The notes: generated from the letters alone by a model not told the origin. DNA of 64,000 nucleotides from Phototrophicaceae bacterium (GCA_965223965.1 CBDCXX010000002.1:56132-120131), one strand, 5' to 3'. Positions 53,074 through 63,744 are shown, counted from the first letter of the stretch. Numbers and translations are program-made.

Positions 53074-54036
53074 TTACTCACGGCTGCCCCTGAGACGAGG
53101 GTCTAGCAAGTCTCTCAACGCATCTCCAAACATGTTCACGCCATATATGACAATTACGAGGGCAAGTCCCGGCAAGAGTGCCAATGCTGGCTTCACCTCC
53201 ATGTGCCGGCGTCCTTCACCACTCAGCATGCCTCCCCAACTAGGAACGTCGGGAGGGAGGCCGAACCCAAGAAAGCTGAGACCGGCCTCAGCCAAGATCG
53301 CCCATCCTACGCTCACACTGTATATCACGATAGTCGGAGCCATGATATTGGGGAGCACGTGTCGCCTGAGTGTCATGATCGTAGGACTGCCTATTGCTTC
53401 GGCAGCTATAAAGTAGTCATTTACCTTGATTCCGATAACCGCGCTTCTTACTACCCGTGACCAACCAATGCCGCTGAGTATGCCTATAACTAAGACTATC
53501 TGTAACATGCCACGGCCAACTATCGACATTATTGTTAACAGGATAAGCAACGACGGGAACGACAACCAAGCGTCGACAAATCGCTGCATTGTGATGTCGA
53601 ACTTTCCGCCGAAGTACCCAGATGGGATACCAATCATTCCGGCGCACACCACCGTGACACTCGTTGCCCCAAGTCCAACTATCATGGAAACACGCGCCCC
53701 GTAAATTAGCCTGGTGAGGATATCTCTTCCTGCCTGGTCCGCGCCCAGCAGGTGTTTCCAAGATAGTGGGTCAAATCTATCGACTATGTTGATTTCGTTC
53801 ATGGCATAGGGAGACAGAACGTCGGCGAAAGTGCCGCAGAACAGCAACAGCGCTACTATCACACCGCCCACTACCCCCAACGGCTTCTCGCGTGCCAACC
53901 TACCTAAGAAGGCGCGGAGCCGGTTGGATCCCCTGACTTCGTCTCCTATTTCCGAGGTGTCTATTTGCTGTTTCATTTCCTCGATTCCATTACCTATAGC
54001 GGATTCTGGGGTCCAAGTAGGCGTACGAGATATCAA
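53074..54036 (-). CDS. ABC transporter permease (DppC/OppC-like)
   Basis: 320 aa. BPD_transp_1 core (EAEGLSFLGFG-type loop: LAEAGLSFLGFGLPPDVPSWG). The start may be ATG 53976. Confidence 0.85.
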   Translation of the reverse strand: MISRTPTWTPESAIGNGIEEMKQQIDTSEIGDEVRGSNRLRAFLGRLAREKPLGVVGGVIVALLLFCGTFADVLSPYAMNEINIVDRFDPLSWKHLLGADQAGRDILTRLIYGARVSMIVGLGATSVTVVCAGMIGIPSGYFGGKFDITMQRFVDAWLSFPSLLILLTIMSIVGRGMLQIVLVIGILSGIGWSRVVRSAVIGIKVNDYFIAAEAIGSPTIMTLRRHVLPNIMAPTIVIYSVSVGWAILAEAGLSFLGFGLPPDVPSWGGMLSGEGRRHMEVKPALALLPGLALVIVIYGVNMFGDALRDLLDPRLRGSRE

Positions 54037-54976
54037 TCAGGAGATTTGCTCCGATTACCGCGCCCGCAAAGATCAGGTTGATGCCGGAGATTAGAGCGTA
54101 GTCCCTTCGACCCAACGCATCGACCATCAGACGTCCTGTGCCGGGCAAGGAGAAAATCTGCTCTATGATGACTGCACCGCCGATGAGCACGGGTAACTCC
54201 GCTCCAGCTATTGTCACCACCGGAATCAGCGCGTTCTTGAGAGCATGCCTTATGATGACAACATTTTCTCTCAAGCCCTTTGAATAGGCAGTCCTGATAA
54301 AGTCCTGCCGTAACACCTCAAGCATCATAGTGCGAGTCATCCGCATAGTCGTACCAGCCATAGCCATGCCTAGAATGAACGCCGGGATGATATACACCTT
54401 TAGATTAGCCAGTGGGTCTTCAACGAATGAGACCAGCTCTATGGGAGGCGACCAACCCCACCAGATGGAGGGATATATCAGTATGAGCGTCGCCACCCAA
54501 AAACTCGGCGCAGCTATAAGGACAATCGATAGACTACGCCCTACATAGTCACCTACGGTGTCCTGTCTGATTGCCGAGAATATGCCTATTGGCAGGCTGA
54601 TCGCCACTGCGATTACCAAGGCGATGATGCCAAGTTCAAGAGTCACTCCGAGTCTCTCGAAGATCGTCTTCGTGACGGGTACTCCGGTCTGCAGGGACTC
54701 GCCTAAGCTACCGTGCAGAACCAATTCATTGATCGAGCGTAGGTATTGAATGTGTACGGGGGCGTCCAATCCGAGGAAGCGTTCCATGGCCTCGCGGTCG
54801 ATTTCCCCTCCGGATCTCTGAGCCCGCTGTATCATTGAGTCTATGATGTCGCCTGGCAACAGGTGAGTCATAGCAAAGACAATAGTGTACACCATCAAAA
54901 TCGTGGGTATGATCAATAGAAATCTTCTGATCAGATAGTTACCCAAATGAGCCTCCGCCAATGGTGCAATCAACAC
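53990..54976 (-). CDS. ABC transporter permease (DppB/OppB-like)
   Basis: 328 aa. YLIRRFLL..P start and the RTAYSKGL conserved loop. Confidence 0.85.
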   Translation of the reverse strand: MLIAPLAEAHLGNYLIRRFLLIIPTILMVYTIVFAMTHLLPGDIIDSMIQRAQRSGGEIDREAMERFLGLDAPVHIQYLRSINELVLHGSLGESLQTGVPVTKTIFERLGVTLELGIIALVIAVAISLPIGIFSAIRQDTVGDYVGRSLSIVLIAAPSFWVATLILIYPSIWWGWSPPIELVSFVEDPLANLKVYIIPAFILGMAMAGTTMRMTRTMMLEVLRQDFIRTAYSKGLRENVVIIRHALKNALIPVVTIAGAELPVLIGGAVIIEQIFSLPGTGRLMVDALGRRDYALISGINLIFAGAVIGANLLIDISYAYLDPRIRYR

Positions 54977-55189
54977 CGCCTACCGCAGTCTGGCACACCT
55001 CAATATGGCTTTGTACGAGCCGCCTGACTTCGACTGTCAACCACTCCCCGATAGTGATGCAATCGCCTATGCTCAGAGACCATCCTCCACTTGAGGGACG
55101 ACCGCCCCAAGAGAAAAAGCGCCTGGCATGGACCACTGAGGTTCGGTCCATTTACACCAGGCGCCCTATTCACTCAGCACTTGGTAAGG

Positions 55190-57415
55190 TTAGTCATGCC
55201 CCAAATCATTTTGCAGTTTCAGGTCGATCCAAGTGTACTTCAGATGGGTCATCCAGCCCTCATCGCCGCCGCCATCTTCGCCCCTGTAACCTTTCAGCCA
55301 CGGCTGAACCAGCATGTATTGAGGGGTTACAGGAAGCCAGACCGTCCACATTTCCTTAACAAAGTAATCGTCCATCTGAGTCGCTAGCCTGAGCAGCTCT
55401 GCCTGATCACTTGTCGACTGTGCCTCATCGATTATGGCTTGATAAACGGGATCATTGATCCCAGTATTCAACCACGTCTGCGGCACGCCAAACCGACCAA
55501 CATTAGAAACCATTGGGTTAAAGTTCTTGTGACGGCAGCCGCAACTGGTCATTCCACCGTACTCCGCGTTAGTCCTTCTCTCTGACATCTCGGAGTCTTC
55601 CGCAACCTGCGTGATAGTAACCTTAACGCCGACCTTCTCCCAATAGCTTGCGACTATCAATGAAAGGTCAATGTCATGTCCCCAGGGAGGGAATACGTCC
55701 CAGTTCGTCTCAAACCTTATTCCGTCACCGTCACGAGGATACCCGGCTGCGTCAAGAAGCCTCTCTGCCTCCGTAGGGTCATATTCGAAGAGTTGCTTGA
55801 CGTCGTCTGGCAATTGCTCGAAGGGAGTGTAGTAGCCGATTGCTGGCGACGGAGCAAAGCCCCAAGGGGTGGGGTCCGCATCGCCGTTATAGTAGGACTC
55901 GATTATTTCAGGGACGTTGATGGCCTTCTGCATAGCCCAGCGCACATTCCTGTCGTTAAACGGCGCATCTCCTATATAAAAGGCGGGATCAGACTTGGAG
56001 GTGCCGGTTATCTTCACCACTGCCAGTTCAGGATTGGTCTTTCTAAGGCTATTCACCTGGTCGAGGTTTAGGTGCTGTCCGCCCTGCATTACCGTCTTGC
56101 CTGTGCGCAATGCTGCCACTCTCGCGGCAGCGTCCGGTATTACGTGGATCTTGATCTCGTCAGCGTAAGGCAACTGGTTTTCCAGGTCCGGAAAGACAGG
56201 GTCCGTCTGGAAGTAGCTGGGATTCTTAGTCAACTCAATTAGCGACAATGGCACGAAGTCCGTAATCTCATAAGGACCTGTCCCAACGACAGTTTCCCAA
56301 TTTTTCATGTCGCCGTGCTGTTCAATGACTTCCGGTGGCACAAAGGTGTTAGTCCAAGGCCCACCAATACCGCAAAGTCGCCCAATATTCTCAAGGCTAC
56401 CGACTTCTGCATTGACGACGACCGTCTGAGCGTCGACGGATTCTATAGAAGTGACGGACAGCGTGTTGAGGAGCCAGTCATGCGGGCTGGGTCCTGCTTC
56501 GGCAAATTGCTCGAGACCCAGGACTCGGTCCCAGCTGTATTTAACATCATCCGCTGTGAATAGGCGCCCGTCGAGCGGTGCTTTATCGTGCCAAAGGACA
56601 TCATCGCGTAGGTTGAACGTATACTTGAGAAGGTCTGGGGAAATGTCCCAACTTGTAGCTAAGTGACCTGTGTAAAAGCCCATGTCCTTATACCCGGCGG
56701 TGAAGTCACGTTCACTACGGGGTATTGACCAGTCCATCACACAGAGGTCGTCCCAGATGTATTCGCCGTAAACGCTGATCCAGTCGCCGAACCAAGGGTC
56801 AAATATCTCTGGAGCGACGTTTGTTGCAATCGGAATAGACCCACCATACCGGGGCTTCTCGACTAATTGGCCCCAAACATCGTTCACCATCTCTGCACCG
56901 GGTGAAGGCGCGGCAGGCGCGGCGGGAGCAGGTGCTGCTGCCGGTATCCCTTTGATGGCGTCTGAAACGATCTTCTCTACTTCAGAAGCCGAAACACCAG
57001 ATTGACTCTGAGCCGATTCAGCTACTGCTTTGGCGACAATATCCTCAATGTCCGCTTTCGACGCGCCGGGTTGGGCTGCCGGCTGCGCCGCTGCCGTTAC
57101 CGCCTGCCGCACCATCGCGCTGATTTCTTCGGCGCTCGCGCCCTCGGGTGCCGCAGCGGTCACTGCCGCCTCCACCATGCTCTGGATTTCCTGCGCAGAT
57201 ACCGGCGCAGGGACTTCGGGCTGCTCCGGTACGGACTGCTTCACAGCGTCCTGCACAAGTTTGCTCAGCTCAGCAGGATCAATAGCGGGCTGAGCAGGGG
57301 CTGGCGCGGGCGCGGCCGGTTGGCTGCCGCACGCTATTGCCGCCATTGCGAACGCGACGATTACAAATACGAACAACGACGCTTTGACATTAAACAGTCT
57401 GCAAAACATGCTCAC
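55190..57415 (-). CDS. Family 5 (peptide/nickel-type) ABC substrate-binding lipoprotein with a long repeat-containing N-terminal extension
   Basis: 741 aa. Lipobox AAIACGS. About 150 residues of Ala/Pro-rich linker carry five xxE(I/V)xxxVxxAVxxx helical repeats, then a typical SBP_bac_5 body. Confidence 0.8.
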   Translation of the reverse strand: MSMFCRLFNVKASLFVFVIVAFAMAAIACGSQPAAPAPAPAQPAIDPAELSKLVQDAVKQSVPEQPEVPAPVSAQEIQSMVEAAVTAAAPEGASAEEISAMVRQAVTAAAQPAAQPGASKADIEDIVAKAVAESAQSQSGVSASEVEKIVSDAIKGIPAAAPAPAAPAAPSPGAEMVNDVWGQLVEKPRYGGSIPIATNVAPEIFDPWFGDWISVYGEYIWDDLCVMDWSIPRSERDFTAGYKDMGFYTGHLATSWDISPDLLKYTFNLRDDVLWHDKAPLDGRLFTADDVKYSWDRVLGLEQFAEAGPSPHDWLLNTLSVTSIESVDAQTVVVNAEVGSLENIGRLCGIGGPWTNTFVPPEVIEQHGDMKNWETVVGTGPYEITDFVPLSLIELTKNPSYFQTDPVFPDLENQLPYADEIKIHVIPDAAARVAALRTGKTVMQGGQHLNLDQVNSLRKTNPELAVVKITGTSKSDPAFYIGDAPFNDRNVRWAMQKAINVPEIIESYYNGDADPTPWGFAPSPAIGYYTPFEQLPDDVKQLFEYDPTEAERLLDAAGYPRDGDGIRFETNWDVFPPWGHDIDLSLIVASYWEKVGVKVTITQVAEDSEMSERRTNAEYGGMTSCGCRHKNFNPMVSNVGRFGVPQTWLNTGINDPVYQAIIDEAQSTSDQAELLRLATQMDDYFVKEMWTVWLPVTPQYMLVQPWLKGYRGEDGGGDEGWMTHLKYTWIDLKLQNDLGHD

Positions 57416-57643
57416 CTCTTAGTGCTCGCTAGGAAGAATCTGACGAAAGCCTAATTGTGGAGTATATTGCCAAGTTGGCATGGATTAAACCACTAGATAT
57501 ACTTCTTATGTCAACTTCAAATAAATTTGGGCGAATGTCCTCCTGCGCGGCGTAATAGACTACAACTGCAGTTGAACGCATCGGTTCTTATAACCCAGTC
57601 CTCGTTAGCTTACCAGCCAGTTGGTCTGACCCGAGTAGCGTCA

Positions 57644-58777
57644 TCAGGCCAGCAGCACCTCGCTCAGCCGCCGTATCACAATCTCCAGCTCTTCGTCGTC
57701 CAGGTTGAGTGGATCAACAGCCAGCTCGTCCGGATCGAATATGTCGTGCAGATATATCGGCGGATCCCCCGCGATCATCGACTGATACACCTCGTTGCGC
57801 CCCGGCCCGCGCCAGTCCCTCGTGAAGCGCATCACCGCGTGCGGGATGAGATAGTTATGCTCGTCGTGCTCCAGCGAAACGCGCAGCCCGTCAACCTCCG
57901 CGAGCGCGTCAACAACCTGCTGCGCCTTGCGCCGGTACATCGCCATCTCCGCATCCTCGTCCTCGTCCACAAAAATCTGGATGGCGCGCATCAGCCCGAT
58001 AATCTCTTCTTTGGCGACTTTCATGCCGCGCCCAATGAACTGGTGCGGCGCGGCATTGGCGAATGCAGCGTCTATCAGGTCGGCGCGACCGCACAAGATG
58101 CCCGTGCCCTGCGGTCCTCGAACCGCCTTGCCTCCGCTGTATATCACCATGTCCGCGCCCTCGGCGGTGAAGCGGCGCAGATTGGAGCGTGGCGGCAGCA
58201 TCGACGCCGCGTCAACGATGACCGGAACGCCGTGGCTGTGCGCTATCTCGCAGACCTCCGGGAACGGAATGGAACGCCGTGTGATGAACGGCGAGAACAG
58301 GTACGCGACTGCCGCCGTGTTCTCGGTGAACGCCGCCTCAAGCTGCCACGGCTGGCAGCGCCTGCCGTCGCCAATTTCCACAAACTTCGCGCCGACAGAG
58401 GTGTAGCACTGGTCGTAAGGGAAACGATGGCTCTTGTGGATGATAATCTCGTTTTTCATGCCGCTGCTGTCCGGCAGCCTGTCCATCTTCGCCGGGTCCG
58501 AGCCGGCGATGACCGCGGCCGCTTGCAGTACGAGTCCGCCCGCCGCGCCGCTCGATACGAAGCCCGCCTCCGCGCCCGTCGCATCCGCAATTATGCTGCT
58601 TGCTGCGCGGTTCAGCTCGTCCAGACTCACCATCATCCCGGACGCCTTGTTCATCGCCTCCAGAATCTCGCGCCTTGTCTTGCTGCCGCCGTAAGCGGTC
58701 GTGCTGCCAGACGCCGCGATAATGCGCTTCACGCCAAGCGCGCTGTAAATGCCGTCAGGGTCGCCGCTCCATGCCAT
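57644..58777 (-). CDS. SelA-like / DgaE-like PLP-dependent enzyme
   Basis: ATG 58777 within the track ORF. DAASMLPP and YSGGKAVRGPQGTGIL (PLP lysine) resemble the L-seryl-tRNA(Sec) selenium transferase-related family. Confidence 0.55.
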   Translation of the reverse strand: MAWSGDPDGIYSALGVKRIIAASGSTTAYGGSKTRREILEAMNKASGMMVSLDELNRAASSIIADATGAEAGFVSSGAAGGLVLQAAAVIAGSDPAKMDRLPDSSGMKNEIIIHKSHRFPYDQCYTSVGAKFVEIGDGRRCQPWQLEAAFTENTAAVAYLFSPFITRRSIPFPEVCEIAHSHGVPVIVDAASMLPPRSNLRRFTAEGADMVIYSGGKAVRGPQGTGILCGRADLIDAAFANAAPHQFIGRGMKVAKEEIIGLMRAIQIFVDEDEDAEMAMYRRKAQQVVDALAEVDGLRVSLEHDEHNYLIPHAVMRFTRDWRGPGRNEVYQSMIAGDPPIYLHDIFDPDELAVDPLNLDDEELEIVIRRLSEVLLA

Positions 58778-59080
58778 ATCGCACCTCCGATTAGACATCA
58801 GTTTTCAGGGATTGGAAGTCAGTCATGTCTGTCTGTCACAGCCGAATGTGGCGATTATATCACTGAACTCCGCCTGCATACTCGACGATGTTCCCTCAAC
58901 TGCGATCCGCCTGGAAACCGTCGCCCTCAACCTGACGCTTCCGGCTGACGCTTCTGGCAGCCCACGGCAAATATGATACAATGCTTATCGTTACAGAAGT
59001 AAATGCGTAGTTCTGAAAATATCATGAAATAGACTTGTTACTCATCGCATCTTGTTACTCATCGCATAAAGGTTAGACGC

Positions 59081-59281
59081 ATGACCACATCTGAAAATCG
59101 ATTCATCACCTACGAAGAAGCGCGCGACATATTCGCAACCAAGGCCGACATCGCCAAGATGGAGGCTCGCCTCGCTGAGATGGAGACTCGCCTTGTAAAG
59201 TGGATGGTCGGAATGATGCTCGGCGGCATGGCCACGGCGGCTACTCTTGCTTTGGTCGTAGAGCGCATACTTGGACGCTAG
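59081..59281 (+). CDS. Small DUF1640-like coiled-coil protein with C-terminal TM anchor
   Basis: 66 aa. FATKADIAKMEARLAEMETRLVKWMVGMMLGGMATAATLAL recalls DUF1640 family proteins. Confidence 0.55.
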   Translation: MTTSENRFITYEEARDIFATKADIAKMEARLAEMETRLVKWMVGMMLGGMATAATLALVVERILGR

Positions 59282-59307
59282 GCATGCTAATTCATTAAGT
59301 GCGCTTC

Positions 59308-61811
59308 CTACCGCTCCGTGCGTACCCACAGCCTCTCCCCGTCACTGATGAACTCAACCGTCCCGCGCTCCGCCGTCTGAAACAGCATGCCATCAGCCAC
59401 ATGCTCCCGCAGCCTCTCCATCACATTCGCATGCGGATGACCGTATGAATTGCCTTCACCCACTGAAATCACCGCCGCGGCGGGGCTTACCGCGCTCAGA
59501 AAGTCCCGCGTCGAACTGCTATCGCTCCCATGATGCGGCACCTTCAATACATCGCTGTCCAGCGCCGCGCCGCTCGCCAATAGCGCCCGTTCCGCCTCGG
59601 AGAAGATGTCTCCCGTCAGAAGTATGCTGACTTCCCCATACACCAGCCGCAGAACCAGCGATGCATTGTCGGCGTCCGATTCCGTGCCGCTCAACAATTC
59701 ACTCGGCGGCCACAGCGCCTCAATCCGCACGTCGCCGTCCAGCGTAATGACCTGCCCCGCGCTCGCCTCAATTACCCGCGCCCCTTTTGCCTCCTCCGCA
59801 TCCACCAATCTCGCCCATGCCTCGTATGCGCCGCTTTCATACTCGATACGCCGCTCCAGCGCCGCGCCCACATCGTATCGCTCCAACACCTGCGCCAACC
59901 CGCCTATGTGGTCGCTGTTCGGGTGTGTTGCGGCCACGATGTCGATGTGCCTGTCGTTGAACCGCATGCGCTCGCCCAGCAGCCGCGTCATCAGCAAAGG
60001 GTCGGAGCCGCCGTCAACGACCACCTGCCTGCCGCCCGGTGTCTCGATGAATATCGCATCGCCTTGACCGACATCGAAGAACATCACATGCAGGCGGTCG
60101 TCGTTCGTAAGCGCCTGCGACCACGCCAGCGACGCCGCAAATGCGGCGGGCGCTATCAGCCACATGGCGATGCGCCCGAAACGGGACATTTTCGCAACTT
60201 GCTGAGAACTCCCAACCGCTCGTGGTGAGCTTGTCGGACTACGCCTGATGGACATGCCCCTCAAGAACCCGCGCACCGTACCTGGGAACATCACTTTCGC
60301 GCCGTAAGCCAGAATTAGTACGCCATAGAAGGCAATGACGACCGGCAGCCCAACGATGCCAATATCCACCGAAGCGCCAGGCAGTCCTGCCAAAAGCCTG
60401 ACCACTCCTGATAGGTACGCGCCCGCCCCCCATGCCACCCAGCCGAACGGCAGCGCAAGCGTTGTGCTTGCCAGCCCGACCAGCGCCGCGCCCGCGCTTC
60501 CAACTATGAGAAACGGTAGCACGGGCAGCGTCAGCACGGACGCCGGTATTCCCAGCGTGGACACTCGCTCGAAGTGAAAAGCAATCAATGGCAGCGTGGT
60601 GATGGTTGCGGCAAGAGACACGGTCAGCATATTTGCTGCTGCAATGAACGGTGTGTACAGCGTGGAACGCCACCCAATTCGGTGCTCGATGGGCACGCTG
60701 AGTCCGCGCCCGAATACATCCGAAAACGCCGCTATGCCTGCTATCGCCGCGAAACTTAGCTGAAACGATATGCTGTACAAGATGGATGGCGACGCGGCGA
60801 CCATCAGCGCGGCAGCGACGCCAATTGGCGCAAGCGACCCGCGCTGCCTGCCGAATGCCAGCGAAGCAAGATAGACGCTGCCCATGATGCAAGCCCGCGT
60901 CGCCGATGGGGACATGCCCGCCAGCAAGCCATATACAGCCAGATGACTAGCAGCGGCGCAATCAGGTGAAGATGATGCTTCCTGCCAAGAAGCGCGGCAG
61001 ACCCGGCAAGGCTGATGCCGAGCAGTATGCCCACATGCAGCCCAGATATCGCCAGCAGATGCGCTGCTCCCGTGCGCCGGAATGCCTCATTCAGGTCTTG
61101 CGGGATGTTCCGCCGCAGTCCAAGCAGCGTCGCCTGACCGAGCGCCGCCTGTGGCTCCGGCACAACGGCAGCAATGGACGCAGCAAGCCGCCGCCTGAAC
61201 CCGAACAGCGAGCGATAGAACGCGCTGCCCTCGCCCTCGCGGATCAGCGTAACTCTGCGCGCATCCAGAACCTCAACGATGCCCTGTCGCGCCAGATATG
61301 CCGCGTAGTCGAACCCGTCCAGTTCTGGCGGTTCGCTAATGCGCCCTTCAACTCGCAGTTTATCGCCATAGCGGAAGTACGGCGCTTGCCGCTTTTGCGC
61401 TATCTCAGATGTGGCGCGCGCCGATACAAGCAACACGCCATCAGCCGGCATCCACTCGCCGCCGCCCGCGCGTATGCGCTCTAAGCCCAGTCGAAAACGC
61501 GCAAAGTCGCCCAGAGCCTCCACATCGCTCAGCACAACGCCGTCAACCTGTTGCGAACGCGGACTTGCGTACATTGGCCCGTACATTGGCATCCGCGCGT
61601 CGCCGATCAGCGCCACCCGCATGACTCCGAGTATGAAGGCGAGCGCGATCAGCGCGGGCAAGGGCGACCGCCGCATGCTTGCGAACAACAATGCGCCGAG
61701 CAGCGCCGCGAGGGCGAACAGGATTAGCGCGCTTAACGGCGCTTTGCCGCCAAACTCGGGCGCAAGAAGCGTTCCGCCCACGAACGCGATGGCAGCGACA
61801 AGTAGTTTCAT
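59308..61811 (-). pseudogene. comEC: DNA internalisation competence protein ComEC/Rec2, split by a 2-nt frameshift
   Basis: 60804-61811 encodes the DUF4131 and first competence-domain helices. 59308-60927 continues LLAGMSPSATRACIMG... and ends with the metallo-beta-lactamase domain (VGQGDAIFIE, ATHPNSDHIGG). The frames meet at ctgtatATggc, around 60931-60934. Confidence 0.8.
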
Positions 61812-61814
61812 GGG

Positions 61815-62235
61815 CTAGGTTCTATTGACATTTGATACACAAAGCGTTTTGGACCCGAAAAGTAGCTTAATTCTGTCATTCCGAACGCAGCACCTTCACC
61901 CCCTGTCATTCTGAACACAGCGCCCCTTACCTGTCATTCTGAACACAGCACCTTCACCCCCTGTCATTCTGAACACAGCGCCCCTTACCTGTCATTCTGA
62001 ACACAGCGCCTTCACCCCCTGTCATTCTGAACACAGCACCTTCACCCCCTGTCATTCTGAACACAGCGCCCCTTACCTGTCATTCTGAACACAGCGCCCC
62101 TTACCTGTCATTCTGAACGCAGCGCAGCGGAGTGAAGAATCTTAAATCGTCGCACACACGCCATTCACAGACTTCAGATTTCTCGCTTCGCTCGGAATGA
62201 CAGGGAACAAAAGGGGAAATGTCCACACACCCTAG
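61815..62235. mobile_element. MITE-like unit 1 containing a 28/30-nt minisatellite
   Basis: Bounded by ctaggttctattgacattt and gaaatgtccacacaccctag (15/19 match as inverted repeats). Inside, eight tandem tgtcattctgaacacagc(gccccttacc/accttcaccccc) units lie at 61874-62142. Starts 4 nt from the comEC start codon. Confidence 0.7.
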
Positions 62236-62559
62236 GTTCTGTTGACATTTGATACACAAGGCGTTTTGGATCCGAAAAGTAGGTTTGTTCTGTCATTCTG
62301 AACACAGCGCCTCTTACCTGTCATTCTGAACACAGCGCCTCTTACCTGTCATTCTGAACACAGCGCCCCTTACCTGTCATTCTGAACGCAGCGCCCCTTA
62401 CCTGTCATTCTGAACGCAGCGCCCCTTACCTGTCATTCTGAACGCAGCGCAGCGGAGTGAAGAATCTTAAATCGTCGCACACACGCCATTCACAGACTTC
62501 AGATTTCTCGCTTCGCTCGGAATGACATTGGACAAATGGGAAATGTCAACACAACCTAG
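62232..62559. mobile_element. MITE-like unit 2 containing a 28-nt minisatellite
   Basis: Ends are ctaggttctgttgacattt and aaatgtcaacacaacctag (18/19 match as inverted repeats). Five tandem 28-nt units lie at 62291-62467. Shares the CTAG with unit 1. Confidence 0.7.
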
Positions 62560-62793
62560 AATATATCGCAGTTTCCAACAAGTTGCCGCTTACCCTGCTC
62601 ACCGATGTTTCCAATCTGCCTTGAAAACCCTGAACTCCGCGACTACACGCTCCCATCCTCGCCTTCCTGTCCATCCATGTCTGTTCTCCACTCGCCCTGA
62701 ACCTGTCGAAGGTCACTGACAGACTGACGAACTGAAAAACTGACCGACTTTCTCTCTTGACAGCCCAAACATTTGTGCTATCATGGCTTCACT

Positions 62794-63744
62794 ATGGTCA
62801 CTCAACTGCACCAGGCTACACCAGAGCAAGACGCCCACCAGAGGCTGCGGGAGTCCGTACAGCGCATCGTCCTTGAGGAAACTCAGGGCGGCAGGCGCAT
62901 CGTCCGCAGCGTCGTCTCCATCATGGAGGGCGACGCGCCCGGCAGCTCCCCTTGGCACCAGCTCGAAGCCGCTAAGCTCCTGCTGAAGCTCGGCTTCGAG
63001 GACGCCCGCGCCACGCTCGGCAGCATCCACAAGCAGAGCAGAAAAACTCCTCCCGCTTCTCAGTCCGTCATTCCCGCGCAGGCGGGAATCCAGGGGTGGA
63101 GTGGTGCGCCAGGTGAGAGTGACTCACAGCAATCCCACATCAACCCCGAGCAGCTAAAACTCAACAAGAAGCTCGTCCGCCAGATCCGCGTGGACACCGG
63201 CGACGGCGCTTCTATGGTCAAGTTCCTCATAGATGTCGTAGAAGGCAACGAGCCTGACGCAAAGGTCAAGGACAGGATAGGAGCTGCCAAGGTATTGCTG
63301 CATCTCTGCTTCGACAACCCCGCCCAGCCCGACCCTGAGTTCATGATGCACTACGCGCCCTGCCACCCCGACTGCCTCTGCGTCTGCAAGGACCTCCCCG
63401 AAGACCACCCGGAGGTAGTCAAGGCGCACACCCCTCCCACCGACGAGCAGCGCGAGCAGTGGGCAAGGGAGGCGGAGATGACCGAGCGCGCAGCGGAATC
63501 GGCGGAGCTCAAAGCAGCACAGAAAGCCAGGGCAGACAAGGACTGGAAGCTCCAGCAGTACCACTCCCCCGACACTGTAGTCGAGAGGCGTCTCGAAAGA
63601 GAAGAACTCCGCACAAAGCGCGAACACAAGCGAGAACTTGAACAGGAGCGCGAACGAGAGCGCAAGAGAGAAATAGACCGCGAGAACAGGCAAGACCTGC
63701 AACAACAGCGCATCCGAGAACCGGAGCGCATCCGCAGCCCATAG
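62794..63744 (+). CDS. Hypothetical protein with an internal duplication, an in-frame REP insertion and a highly charged C-terminal tail
   Basis: ATG 62794 in track ORF 62773-63744. Two homologous modules (...VVSIMEGDAP...LEAAKLLLKLGFED / ...LIDVVEGNEP...IGAAKVLLHLCFDN) are separated by QSVIPAQAGIQGW, which is encoded by the REP hairpin. The tail is E/R/K-rich. Confidence 0.55.
   Translation: MVTQLHQATPEQDAHQRLRESVQRIVLEETQGGRRIVRSVVSIMEGDAPGSSPWHQLEAAKLLLKLGFEDARATLGSIHKQSRKTPPASQSVIPAQAGIQGWSGAPGESDSQQSHINPEQLKLNKKLVRQIRVDTGDGASMVKFLIDVVEGNEPDAKVKDRIGAAKVLLHLCFDNPAQPDPEFMMHYAPCHPDCLCVCKDLPEDHPEVVKAHTPPTDEQREQWAREAEMTERAAESAELKAAQKARADKDWKLQQYHSPDTVVERRLEREELRTKREHKRELEQERERERKREIDRENRQDLQQQRIREPERIRSP
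63066..63092. repeat. REP-type palindrome inside a CDS
   Basis: gtcattcccgc-gcag-gcgggaatcca is identical to the copies at 40103-40129 and in each 115-nt tandem unit. Confidence 0.85.

Noticed and set aside
57527-58948. A 473-aa plus-strand ORF.
   Set aside because: It is antisense to the SelA-like PLP enzyme gene, which has a clear PLP-lysine context. Its composition (Arg/His/Leu/Ala) is typical of a shadow frame.
61874-62467. Possible CRISPR arrays (regular 28-30-nt repeats).
   Set aside because: The repeats are directly tandem with no unique spacers. There are no cas genes or leader. The arrays sit inside TIR-bounded elements, so they are minisatellites, not CRISPR.
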